A stretch of DNA of 64,000 nt. Source: an uncultured virus (IMG/VR IMGVR_UViG_3300009164_000065). Its lineage: Duplodnaviria > Heunggongvirae > Uroviricota > Caudoviricetes. A program made the translations under genes and the position numbers. Below the pieces are notes generated by a model. That model worked only from the letters and a program-made list of their open reading frames with translations, ran no database searches and was not told the origin of the DNA. The DNA is taken from the IMG/VR virus record IMGVR_UViG_3300009164_000065; one strand, given 5' to 3'. Positions 50,801 to 59,188 of the stretch are shown piece after piece (position 1 is the stretch's first letter; each line of letters starts with the position of its first letter).

Positions 50801-51533
50801 TAACACTGGTATTTTAAGTATTACTGGAACAGCTCCAGTTAGTGCAAGTACAACAAGTGGTGCAACTACAATCAGTATGGCAGCGGCAACAGCCAGTGCA
50901 AACGGTTATATGACAAGCACATACGCTAGTAAGTTAGACGGTATTGCCGCAGGTGCTACTAACGTAACTAACACTAACCAGTTAACTAACGGTGCTGGCT
51001 ATATCACTGGTATTACAAGTGGTAACGTAACAACAGCATTGGGCTTTACACCATATAACAGTACTAACCCAAGTGGATATGTAACATCATCTATCTTGTC
51101 TAGTACACACACTGGTGCATTGTCAACAAGTAGTGCTTGCTCAACAGGTGGCTTAACAGTTACTGGTGGTATTACAGCAACTGGTGAAGTTACAGCTTAC
51201 TACTCAGACGCACGTTTGAAGAAAGATGTTGCTCCAATTCATGATCCGATTGGTAAGGTTAAAGCACTTAGCGGTGTTACATTCCGTCCGAATGATGCTG
51301 CCTTAGAACTAGGCATTGTCGATCGTGAAGAAGTTGGTGTAATTGCTCAAGATGTTGAAGCAGTATTACCACAGTTGGTAGTTCCAAGTGCATTTGCTGG
51401 TTACAAAACTGTTCGATATGATAAGCTAACAGCTTTATTACTAGAAGCGGTCAAAGTACAGCAAATAATGATTGAGAATCTACAAGCTGAAGTAACAGCT
51501 ATGAAGATCACAGCGGCTAACGATAGCCTATAA
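47829..51533 (+). CDS. Long fibre protein with C-terminal peptidase-S74-type intramolecular chaperone
   Basis: N-terminal LKRS...P....L..GEIAIN..DGK; Ser/Thr/Gly-rich repeats; YSDARLKKD...GVIAQDVE.VLP...V.YDKL..LL.EAVK. Confidence 0.85.
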   Translation: MANTIVLKRSATPGKTPTANQLSLGEIAINTYDGKIFIKKDNGTPSVIEIGGLTSVNSMTGAVVLGTDDIAEGSNHLYFTNARARSAISAGAGISYNSATGVITANINSSAPTFSTLTLTGDATVKNIIPSADNTYSLGSASMQWKDVFVGPGSLYINGKEVVSESSGTMTFSADTDQNMRITTTGTGLLQLGSSSTGVNVDGTLQIAAGKRITSSDGVKVQLGDDLELNGNKVIGLGAPSANTDAATKKYVDDSVSAISTSSLSQGNSNVQVVDTGTGQVTVTVDGNTALTVTSAGVVIAGNMTVNGTTTTVNSNTIALADNIITLNSDTTGAPTQNAGVEVERGDEANVQLRWNEGSGKWTFTNNGAVYYPMAVGTDDLVEGSTNLYFTQGRARNSFSVTSNTGLSYNSATGVFGLGSIPNTSLSNNSITINGASVALGGTRTLGTDDVAEGSTNLYYSNTRARGAVSATGTGLSYNSTTGVFSSNATNLSTNSAIVARDASGNFSAGTITAALSGNASTATALANSRTIALTGDATASGSFDGSANYSQALTLATVNSNVGQFGSATAIPVVTVNAKGLVTAVSTTAVSIPSGALTFTGDVTGTGTTGSSTALTISALAVTNGMLAGSIANSKLSNSSVTVGSTAIALGASSTTLAGLTSVTSTAFVGALTGNASTVTNGVYTTDTGTVTNTMLAGSIATSKITGLAASATTDTTSATNITSGTLPSARLSGSYTGITAVGTLTAGSVPASLITGLSSSATTDTSNASNISSGTLANARTTATNLNTASAIVARDASGNFTAGTITAALTGNVTGNVTGNTAGTHTGAVVGNASTATALQTARTISGTSFDGSANITLTTAGITEATNLYFTDARAVSANASAIATAKSEAISTAAADATSKANAAQAAAIAAVTNGAGAAFDTLKEIQDLMATDAELSSAISAITNVPSATKLQTARTIQGVSFDGTAAITVVTAGTGISVSGTAVTNTGILSITGTAPVSASTTSGATTISMAAATASANGYMTSTYASKLDGIAAGATNVTNTNQLTNGAGYITGITSGNVTTALGFTPYNSTNPSGYVTSSILSSTHTGALSTSSACSTGGLTVTGGITATGEVTAYYSDARLKKDVAPIHDPIGKVKALSGVTFRPNDAALELGIVDREEVGVIAQDVEAVLPQLVVPSAFAGYKTVRYDKLTALLLEAVKVQQIMIENLQAEVTAMKITAANDSL

Positions 51534-51560
51534 TCCGCAAACTGAAGGAGGAGACAAAAA

Positions 51561-51755
51561 ATGGCAATTCTTCCAGCAACCGGATCGGCTATTGTTATGG
51601 GTGGAGTTTATAGAGCATACTATAACTCCGTAGCTGGCGCTGGTACTAACGTGGCTCTTCGTAGCACACTTGGTAGCAGAATCAGTATCAGTACTGGTGC
51701 AATCAGTCTAAGTTCAAACTTTGGCGGACGCACTACACCATACACATATCCATAA
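51561..51755 (+). CDS. Small fibre-associated protein
   Basis: 64 aa, AGGAGGAG RBS, MA.LP.TG.AI.M N-terminus seen after chaperone-bearing fibres. Confidence 0.65.
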   Translation: MAILPATGSAIVMGGVYRAYYNSVAGAGTNVALRSTLGSRISISTGAISLSSNFGGRTTPYTYP

Positions 51756-51776
51756 TAGGGATTGATGTAAGTCAGG

Positions 51777-51807
51777 GAAAGGGTGGATTATTCCACCCTT
51801 TCTTTTT
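51777..51807 (+). terminator. Intrinsic terminator
   Basis: GAAAGGGTGGA-TTAT-TCCACCCTTTC followed by TTTTT. Confidence 0.85.
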
Positions 51808-51862
51808 GGTTAAATTTTCTACTAGTCCGGTGATATATAGTGCATTAAAGGAGAGATATCTC

Positions 51863-52369
51863 ATGCCATCACAGAGTGAAATTTTAGCTAAAACAACAAA
51901 CTTGCTAAAGCAGGTTCCTTATCGTACTACATTTGAACGAGACAATTTTTTACTTGGTACCTTAAGTGGTCCAAGATTACTTGTTGAACTTTGCCACGAA
52001 ATTGAAAAATTAACAGTAGAGTACAACAGCAATACACAGGATTGGAAGAAAGAAATTGTGCTTGAAGAAATGAATATCATTAATGCTAAAATTGATGATA
52101 TATTAACTGAAATTGGTACTACGGATATTCGTAAAGCATTAGAAGACGCAGAACCAGATCACTGGGTTGAATTGTTGGCACGCCGAGCTTCAATTGAGGC
52201 ATTATGTCAAGAAGTTACACCACAGAATATGTCTGACATGCTAAAGCTTCCTGCAGAACTATACGAATCGTCTATTACAAAAACTCAGCAATTCTTAAAT
52301 ATTATCAACAAAACAACTAGAATTGCAGAACGAAAAGCAAACATCAGTAACATTCAGGATGATGAATAA
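51863..52369 (+). CDS. Hypothetical helical protein
   Basis: Start MPSQSE after AAGGAG; coupled to glycosyltransferase gene. Confidence 0.65.
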   Translation: MPSQSEILAKTTNLLKQVPYRTTFERDNFLLGTLSGPRLLVELCHEIEKLTVEYNSNTQDWKKEIVLEEMNIINAKIDDILTEIGTTDIRKALEDAEPDHWVELLARRASIEALCQEVTPQNMSDMLKLPAELYESSITKTQQFLNIINKTTRIAERKANISNIQDDE

Positions 52370-53009
52370 TATTCGTCGCAATAGTATATTTGATAAAACA
52401 CTACCTACCAGTTCAATGGTAGTGGTGTGTGTGCCAACAAACGGACTAGTACACGCTCGGTTTACCTATTGCTTAACAGCACTAATGGATTATACACGTA
52501 CTCAAGGAGTTCCAATTATTTTAGAAATGGATGAAGGTACAGTATTAAGCAATCAACGTCAAGTCTTACAGGACAGAGCTATTAAAGAGTACAATGCAAA
52601 CCATATCATGTGGCTTGATAGTGACATGACATTCCCTCCACAAACTGTTATCAAACTATTATCTCATAATAAACAAGCAGTTTGTGCCACTTACTCCAAA
52701 CGAGTTCCGCCATTTCATTCAACTGCATTTGAAAGTATTGATCCAGTAGTTCCGGTTGATGTTTCCCCAGGCGGCCTAATCAGTACCAGGTACGCCGGGA
52801 TGGGGTGTATGCTAATTAATTCAAATGTGGTATCTCAAATACCTCGCCCACACTTTCCATTGAAGTGGCATGAGCAATCATCAACCTGGCACGGTGAAGA
52901 TATGGGCTTTTGCGATTTACTGCAAAAGGCAAATATTAATTTGTATTGTGACTTGGATCTTAGTAAGAAGTTGGGTCATTTAGGTCTACAAGAACATCGA
53001 TTGAATTAG
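52359..53009 (+). CDS. GT-A fold (GT2-like) glycosyltransferase
   Basis: VVVCVP, HIMWLDSDM (DxD), GMGCMLI, GEDMGFC, LGH motifs. Confidence 0.8.
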   Translation: MMNNIRRNSIFDKTLPTSSMVVVCVPTNGLVHARFTYCLTALMDYTRTQGVPIILEMDEGTVLSNQRQVLQDRAIKEYNANHIMWLDSDMTFPPQTVIKLLSHNKQAVCATYSKRVPPFHSTAFESIDPVVPVDVSPGGLISTRYAGMGCMLINSNVVSQIPRPHFPLKWHEQSSTWHGEDMGFCDLLQKANINLYCDLDLSKKLGHLGLQEHRLN

Positions 53010-53391
53010 GTAAGCTTGTAAAGAATGCACACCATTTAGTAGTCTTCTTTAAATTGACACTTGCAGATATTTGATATTGTGGAAATTCATTTGTAGTAAG
53101 TACACTACGCATCAAAGCACCATCAATGATGGTGCTTTTTACTAATTCTGTTTTTAACTTAGAATCATATATTATACTTTGTAGTAGCGGATGATGCCAG
53201 TTGCCTTTGTTAATAATACTACGAACTTCTAAGTACCAACGTTCAGTGAAACAAATTGATTCTTTATATAATTTATTAAGCAACGGGTTATTCAACGGCG
53301 GGTGCCAACATGCTTGGAATGAAAGTTGATGATGCGGTCCCAAGTAACAGTTATATTCTAGATTACTTTGATTTTTAATTACTCTTAACAT
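52960..53391 (-). CDS. Hypothetical protein
   Basis: 143-aa ORF overlapping end of Nudix gene, same strand. Confidence 0.55.
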   Translation of the reverse strand: MLRVIKNQSNLEYNCYLGPHHQLSFQACWHPPLNNPLLNKLYKESICFTERWYLEVRSIINKGNWHHPLLQSIIYDSKLKTELVKSTIIDGALMRSVLTTNEFPQYQISASVNLKKTTKWCAFFTSLPNSIDVLVDLNDPTSY

Positions 53392-53806
53392 TACCTAATA
53401 GACCCTCTAACGCCAAGCGAAATCCCTTACTTCCAAACATCTTAGCTGTATTTGTATGTAATGGTTGCGGCCAACATCCAATATCTACCCAACAATACCC
53501 TGCACTTTCGTTATCTAAGGTTGGAACAAATTCATCTTCGCATAAAATTAGATAGCTTACATGTCTAAATCTTTTATCTCTGGTAATAAAAGTATAAACA
53601 TGACTAATTGCAATAGTATTGGGTACGCCTGGATATCCTAATTCTTCACATAACTCACGCTGTAACCCATTAAGATCACCTTCTTCGCGTTCTAGTTTTC
53701 CTCCCCAAGTTCCCCATGATAACCCATGTGTTTCCTCAGGACTACGTAACTGCATCATAGCCCTTCCAGTACGTTTACTAACAATTAATGCGCCAACTGC
53801 TCTCAT
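53375..53806 (-). CDS. Nudix hydrolase
   Basis: GGKLEREEGDLNGLQRELCEELG Nudix box. Confidence 0.85.
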   Translation of the reverse strand: MRAVGALIVSKRTGRAMMQLRSPEETHGLSWGTWGGKLEREEGDLNGLQRELCEELGYPGVPNTIAISHVYTFITRDKRFRHVSYLILCEDEFVPTLDNESAGYCWVDIGCWPQPLHTNTAKMFGSKGFRLALEGLLGNVKSN

Positions 53807-53814
53807 ATATTAAT

Positions 53815-55173
53815 TTAGTTCACAATACGCCATGAACCTTGCTCATAAATGCCTTCAATTGCAAGTATCCAATCGTTGCCATTGAAAAATAATTTTTTCA
53901 TGGTATTTGCATTGGTAGTATATGCAGTAGCATTTACTGATTGTGCATTAAAGCTAACAATCCAATTACTGCCATTATATTCAATAATATCATTTGCATA
54001 GGCAACAAGTGTGCCCCACAGTCCATTTTGTACAACTTCACTAGTGATCAAATATCGTTGACCCAGTGCCGCAGTTGGAATATTGCCAACTCCCGGTGCA
54101 CCTCTACTTGGATCTATTATACCATTGATCATCTGAATTGTATCTGCTGGCAATGTTGAATTGTCAATTGAGTATTGGAGTACGTTTTCATTTCCAGTTA
54201 CTTCGCTTACACGTAAAATAACTTCATGCGGGTCTAATAGATCGCCTAGTTTTAATCTAATCTCTGTAATGCCATTGTTTAACCCACCGTAATGAGCCAT
54301 ATGCTTGATCCAGCTTAATGTGCCACCACCTTCAATACTACTGGCATCAACAGTTCCATTAGAACGATTTAATAACTGAATAAAATCAGAATTGACCTTT
54401 ATATGCCTATCTTCAAATGTAATAAATTTTCTATTTTGATAATTACTACCAATAACAATGTCATCGATAAATCCTACATCGCCATCATTACCGCTTAGAC
54501 TATTAATGATTGTATGAATCAAGACTTGGCGTTTAACCTTTGCAGGCGGAGTTAAGAAAATTGGTAAAGAAAATATTAAACTAGACACATCAATGATATC
54601 ATCTGTGCCTTGTGGAATACTACGTGCAGTCCATGTACTGTTTACCAGTTCAACAACTGCCAAACTGGTCCAGTCATAAGGATTTTGACTACTTTGCAAG
54701 TTAACACTTGGATTGAATAAAATTAAAATTTGTTCAAGTAATTGTAGCTTTTGCTCGGTATTACTGGTCCAAATATCTACGTTAATAGTAAGATCAAATG
54801 GAATTGGACTAGTTCTTTCCAGTGTATAAGTCTCCCCAACTGCATCCTGTCTGGTCCCAGCAGTTGGATCAAATGCTTTTTCGTAAATTTGTACACTGTC
54901 TTGAAAAGTTGGAGTCATTCTTCTATCTGAACTTGGCACAAGTTCTGCAATATAACAACTAATTGCAGGCACACTTAAAATAGTATTTTCACTGTTCTGT
55001 CTTAGAATGTGTTGACTCATACGAGTAGTATCGCCATAACGAACAGGAACCTGATGATAGTGATCATTACCTGCATTATCCTTGCCCATTTTAACACTAA
55101 ATCCCCCAAACAAGCGCATGAACTGCAATAGCCATCGTCTTATTTGTTGGTCATAAAAATATTGTTGACTCAT
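53815..55173 (-). CDS. gp15: Tail terminator / sheath stabiliser, T4 gp15-like, with C-terminal extension
   Basis: YFYD.QIRR...QF..LF, VPV.YG, P.PFDL...IW...Q..QLLEQIL..FNP. Confidence 0.75.
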   Translation of the reverse strand: MSQQYFYDQQIRRWLLQFMRLFGGFSVKMGKDNAGNDHYHQVPVRYGDTTRMSQHILRQNSENTILSVPAISCYIAELVPSSDRRMTPTFQDSVQIYEKAFDPTAGTRQDAVGETYTLERTSPIPFDLTINVDIWTSNTEQKLQLLEQILILFNPSVNLQSSQNPYDWTSLAVVELVNSTWTARSIPQGTDDIIDVSSLIFSLPIFLTPPAKVKRQVLIHTIINSLSGNDGDVGFIDDIVIGSNYQNRKFITFEDRHIKVNSDFIQLLNRSNGTVDASSIEGGGTLSWIKHMAHYGGLNNGITEIRLKLGDLLDPHEVILRVSEVTGNENVLQYSIDNSTLPADTIQMINGIIDPSRGAPGVGNIPTAALGQRYLITSEVVQNGLWGTLVAYANDIIEYNGSNWIVSFNAQSVNATAYTTNANTMKKLFFNGNDWILAIEGIYEQGSWRIVN

Positions 55174-56276
55174 TAATTATCTGCCTTAGGTTTTGTAAAC
55201 ACTTTGCTCAATGGTTGTTGTTCAGGCATTGGCTTTGCATTGGGAGTTTGATTGTTTGATGATACAAAAAGTGTATTGTTAATAAATGAACCTGCATTAA
55301 CTGTGGCTGTTTTCCAACCAAGCTCATTGACACTATCCATAATTCGTTGCCAACGTTTACCTCGATAAACAAAAAGACGATTTGGTTGAAAATCCATTCT
55401 TAGGAAATAGTCACCAGGCTCTGGGCTTTGTGGAAAACTTAATCCACTTTGCACATTACTAACATCACCTTGTGACACTGCATGTTCGGTTGTATTAACA
55501 ACAATATCAGAACTTCCACTTCCGTCAAACCCATTGATAGTTGGAGTAAATGATGTTGCATTTACTATTGGATTATTGTATCCAGCCGCAGGCGTAACAA
55601 TTTCTGCACTGGCAAGAATGGCGTTAGAAATTTCCATTTCTTTATTATATGTGCTAAGTGCATTTTTTAAACTATCTTCATCTTCGGGGTTACCAAGTAA
55701 TCCTCGATATTCTTGTGCGTCGTTGATAGGGCTTACTTTTACACGCCATAAATGTGGCCACCATGTTGGACCAAAACCCTCTGCGGCCCTTGACGCATCT
55801 TGTACTGCATAAAATTTATTAATGCTTTTTGCGGTAGCATCAAGTAATAAATCATCATTCAAATGCGGCAACTCAATTACATCACCGGGCATAAGTTTAC
55901 GGCCAATGTGATTAACCATATTGTTGGTATGAAATGTAATAAACAGTGTGTCTGCATTTAAAAATAAACCAAATTGACTTAGATCAAAGTCTTGGTCAGT
56001 TACATTATATGTGCCTCGTAGTTCGTAAATATCAGTGTCATATACGCGGTCACGATTTTCCATAAACAAGATATCTTGAATGTCTAATTCAGTAATTTGG
56101 TCCTTTGCACCTAAATTGGGCTTTGCAGGATCACTTCCATCCTCAACTGCGGCTGGGCCAAGATATTTGTGGACCAACATGGTAGTACCGCCAGCGTCAA
56201 TTGCTTCGCGAATGATTCGGTCCTGAAAATGGTAATCCTTAGTCTTTGCGTTTTTCCAAAGTGATATTTTTGGCAT
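55173..56276 (-). CDS. gp14: Neck / head-closure protein, T4 gp14-like
   Basis: LF.ENRDR.YD, LSQFGLF...D.LFI.FH, PGDVIELPH; next to gp15- and gp13-like genes. Confidence 0.65.
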   Translation of the reverse strand: MPKISLWKNAKTKDYHFQDRIIREAIDAGGTTMLVHKYLGPAAVEDGSDPAKPNLGAKDQITELDIQDILFMENRDRVYDTDIYELRGTYNVTDQDFDLSQFGLFLNADTLFITFHTNNMVNHIGRKLMPGDVIELPHLNDDLLLDATAKSINKFYAVQDASRAAEGFGPTWWPHLWRVKVSPINDAQEYRGLLGNPEDEDSLKNALSTYNKEMEISNAILASAEIVTPAAGYNNPIVNATSFTPTINGFDGSGSSDIVVNTTEHAVSQGDVSNVQSGLSFPQSPEPGDYFLRMDFQPNRLFVYRGKRWQRIMDSVNELGWKTATVNAGSFINNTLFVSSNNQTPNAKPMPEQQPLSKVFTKPKADN

Positions 56277-56305
56277 AATTGTTAACTGGTCCTTGTTTAC
56301 TAGCT

Positions 56306-56311
56306 TATTTA
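56306..56311 (-). promoter_or_regulatory. Putative late promoter TAAATA for neck/Nudix operon
   Basis: GGTAAATA upstream of AAGGA RBS; back-to-back with sigma70 promoter. Confidence 0.55.
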
Positions 56312-56315
56312 CCGC

Positions 56316-56344
56316 TTGACAGGTTCTAAGAGATAAGTTATAAT
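56316..56344 (+). promoter_or_regulatory. Consensus sigma70 promoter
   Basis: TTGACA (56316-21), 17 nt, TATAAT (56339-44). Confidence 0.9.
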
Positions 56345-56375
56345 GTCCATGTTAGGTAAACTTTTAGGAGCAAAA

Positions 56376-57620
56376 ATGGCAACAGGAACAGCAACAAAAT
56401 CACGTGCGATAAAAGCGCCAGCAAAACGCAAGCCAGTGCCGCGAGCCAGGGCCGTTCGTCAACCAGCAAAATTTGATGCGTCTGGTCAAATCAAACTAAC
56501 ACCAATTGCGGCTTCTGATACCAAACACTTAGGATTTGAGCCAACTTGGGAAAACATTGCAGACCTCAGTGAGGAAGCTCGTAAAATAGCTAAGATTCGT
56601 GCATTTAATTGGTACAATTATAATTGTGATAGCAAACAATCACGTAGTTTCTTAGAATTGTACTTTAGTACAAAAGAAGAATTTGCACATCTTCCGGCGA
56701 AATTTAAGCCTCTGTCTGACACTGCATTTAGTAGTACAGCTGGATGGCTGTCTCGAATGATTATGTCAGGCTTCACTACAACTGATTCCGAAGATGCATT
56801 TATCTTTAAGACAATTGATGCACTTGAAGCTCGGCTATCAAAAATTGAAGTTCCAAAAGAAACAGCGCCTACGCCAAAAAAAGAAACAATACAAGATCGT
56901 TTGGCTGAAAAGTTTAGCGAAGCAATGGGCGAAATTGAAGGGGCAATAGATGAGTTTGTATTAAACAAGACCGAATTTTCCACTTACCGATTCTTACAAG
57001 AGCAAAATATTGCAGTACAGTACATAAGCAAGATTCCTGAACTTATTAAGCCACGTATTGATGAACTAAACGAACTGCTAGAAGGCAAAGATGCCCAGCT
57101 TCTTGAGGGTTATAGACTCTACAGCAAGCGCGACATTAAGGCTCATATTAAATTTTACGAGTCAATTATCAACGATGCAATGGCTTATAAGACCAGTAAG
57201 ATTGCCACTCGTGCCAAGCCAAAACGCAAACCAGTGCCACCTGAGCGTCAAGTTAGAGGCCTTAAATATCTTAAAGAGTTTGCAGAACTTGGGCTTAAAA
57301 GCATTAACCCGACTGAGATTTTAGGCATGAGCGAGCTATGGACCTACAACACAAAAACTCGCAAACTAGGACGGTTCGTAGTGTCAATGCATGGCGAAAT
57401 GACAATCAGTTTGCTTGGTGTTAAGGGTAGTGCAATTACCGGATTTGACGAGCTTAAGAGTACTTGCAAAACACTTCGTAAGCCGTCGGAAAAGCTTGCA
57501 GAATTCAAGACTCAAGGCAAACCAGGATTGCGTAAATTCATGGACACTATTAAATCGGTTGAAACCAAGCTTAAAGGACGCATTTCTCCTGAGACAATAC
57601 TGCTTCGGGCAATCAAATAA
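56376..57620 (+). CDS. Hypothetical early-expressed protein with basic N-terminus
   Basis: Start MATG after AGGAG; 414 aa; no recognised catalytic motif. Confidence 0.75.
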   Translation: MATGTATKSRAIKAPAKRKPVPRARAVRQPAKFDASGQIKLTPIAASDTKHLGFEPTWENIADLSEEARKIAKIRAFNWYNYNCDSKQSRSFLELYFSTKEEFAHLPAKFKPLSDTAFSSTAGWLSRMIMSGFTTTDSEDAFIFKTIDALEARLSKIEVPKETAPTPKKETIQDRLAEKFSEAMGEIEGAIDEFVLNKTEFSTYRFLQEQNIAVQYISKIPELIKPRIDELNELLEGKDAQLLEGYRLYSKRDIKAHIKFYESIINDAMAYKTSKIATRAKPKRKPVPPERQVRGLKYLKEFAELGLKSINPTEILGMSELWTYNTKTRKLGRFVVSMHGEMTISLLGVKGSAITGFDELKSTCKTLRKPSEKLAEFKTQGKPGLRKFMDTIKSVETKLKGRISPETILLRAIK

Positions 57621-57626
57621 ACTTTG

Positions 57627-57669
57627 CATAGGTATCTCCATTAGATAAATAATACAGGAGATACCTATG
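57627..57669 (+). promoter_or_regulatory. RBS/start-sequestering hairpin with late promoter in loop
   Basis: CATAGGTATCTCC (57627-39) / GGAGATACCTATG (57657-69) perfect 13 bp; TAAATA at 57646-51. Confidence 0.8.
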
Positions 57670-58416
57670 GCAGACCTTACTACACAACGTTCTAAAGCAA
57701 TCAAGTACATCGAGTTACAACTTGGTGGAGGCATGGTTGATGTTGAATTAGACAGAGAACACTACGACATGGCAATTGATAAAGCCATTGCAAAATTTCG
57801 TCAACGTTCAAGTAGAGCGTTCGAAGAAAGTTTTATGGTATTAAATTTAACAGTTGGTGAGAGTGTGTATATATTACCACAGGAAGTCATTGATGTTAAG
57901 GTAATTTATCGACAAAGTGCAGGTGGTGTTAGTACAACAGCCACAAACTTTGAACCGTTTGAAGCCGGTTACTTAAACATGTACATGTTAAACGCCGCAC
58001 GTGGGCAGGGTCTAGCTACATTTGAAATGTGGATGGGACAACGAGAATTACTTGGTAAAATGTTTGGAGCCTATGTAACTTTCCAATGGTCAAACACCAG
58101 CAAGCGTTTGCACATTGATCGATATGTAAAAGCTGGCGAACCAGTAATTCTTCATACCTATAACTATCGTCCAGATGAGGATCTGTTGTCAGATATAAGT
58201 GCTGGGATTTGGTTAAAAGATTATGCACTTGCTAACTCTAAGTTAATGCTAGGCCAGGCCAGAAGTAAGTTTGCTTCTTTAGCAGGCCCCCAGGGAGGAG
58301 TTACCTTAAACGGTGCCGAACTAATTAACCAGGCAACAGCAGAGATTGAGCGACTTGAAGAAGAATTAAAAACTTATGTTGATGGTGGTACGCCACTTGG
58401 TTTTATTATTGGTTAA
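57667..58416 (+). CDS. gp13: Neck protein, T4 gp13-like
   Basis: LG...VDVEL..EH...AID.A; WLKDYALA..K..LG..RSKF....GP.GGV.LNG. Confidence 0.85.
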   Translation: MADLTTQRSKAIKYIELQLGGGMVDVELDREHYDMAIDKAIAKFRQRSSRAFEESFMVLNLTVGESVYILPQEVIDVKVIYRQSAGGVSTTATNFEPFEAGYLNMYMLNAARGQGLATFEMWMGQRELLGKMFGAYVTFQWSNTSKRLHIDRYVKAGEPVILHTYNYRPDEDLLSDISAGIWLKDYALANSKLMLGQARSKFASLAGPQGGVTLNGAELINQATAEIERLEEELKTYVDGGTPLGFIIG

Positions 58417-58424
58417 ATTTCTTC

Positions 58425-58453
58425 TTGCTTTTTCTGTCATATTTTGTTAATAT
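58425..58453 (+). promoter_or_regulatory. Possible sigma70-type promoter for dNMP kinase
   Basis: TTGCTT, 17 nt, TG-n-TAATAT ending 6 nt before ATG. Confidence 0.45.
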
Positions 58454-58459
58454 CAACTT

Positions 58460-59083
58460 ATGAACACACAAATTATTGGCGTATGCGGTTTTATTGGTAG
58501 CGGCAAAGACACTGTCGCAGATTACCTGGTCAACTTTCACGAATTTCGACGAGATTCGTTTGCGGCAACTCTTAAAGATGCTGTATCCTCAGTATTCAAT
58601 TGGGATCGGGAACTCTTAGAAGGCCGCACAAAACAAGCCCGTGAATGGCGCGAACAAGTAGATTCTTGGTGGGCCGAGCGGTTGAATATGCCCAATTTAA
58701 CACCTCGACTAATTTTACAATTATGGGGTACAGAAGTTTGCCGTCGCGGATTTCATGATGATATTTGGATTGCCAGCGTAGAAAATAAAATTAGAAATTC
58801 TAAAGATAATATTGTAATCAGTGATTGCCGTTTTCCAAACGAAATTAAATCTATTAAAAATGCAGGCGGGAAAGTAATATGGGTACAACGAGGTGTATTG
58901 CCGCATTGGTATGATATTGCTTGTCAGGCAAACAAAGGATTACCAAGCGCGGCAACCTGGCTTAAAAACGAAGGAATCCATGCAAGTGAAACTGCCTGGG
59001 CCGGTACCGATTTTGATGTTGTTATTAACAATAATGGGACAATTGAAGAACTATACAATCAACTTAAAACGATTGTCCTGTAA
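58460..59083 (+). CDS. gp1: Deoxynucleoside monophosphate kinase, T4 gp1-like
   Basis: IIGVCGFIGSGKDT P-loop, SFA..LK, TPR..LQ..GTE, ISDCRFPNE, HASE, N.GT.E.L. Confidence 0.9.
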   Translation: MNTQIIGVCGFIGSGKDTVADYLVNFHEFRRDSFAATLKDAVSSVFNWDRELLEGRTKQAREWREQVDSWWAERLNMPNLTPRLILQLWGTEVCRRGFHDDIWIASVENKIRNSKDNIVISDCRFPNEIKSIKNAGGKVIWVQRGVLPHWYDIACQANKGLPSAATWLKNEGIHASETAWAGTDFDVVINNNGTIEELYNQLKTIVL

Positions 59084-59188
59084 AATTAAAATAATAAGTT
59101 TCCGCTAAATAGGTTCAAAAAAATAATTTAAGCTAAATATTTCTGTTATAGGGAATGAACACTCCCTTTAGTTTACGGAGATATTATA

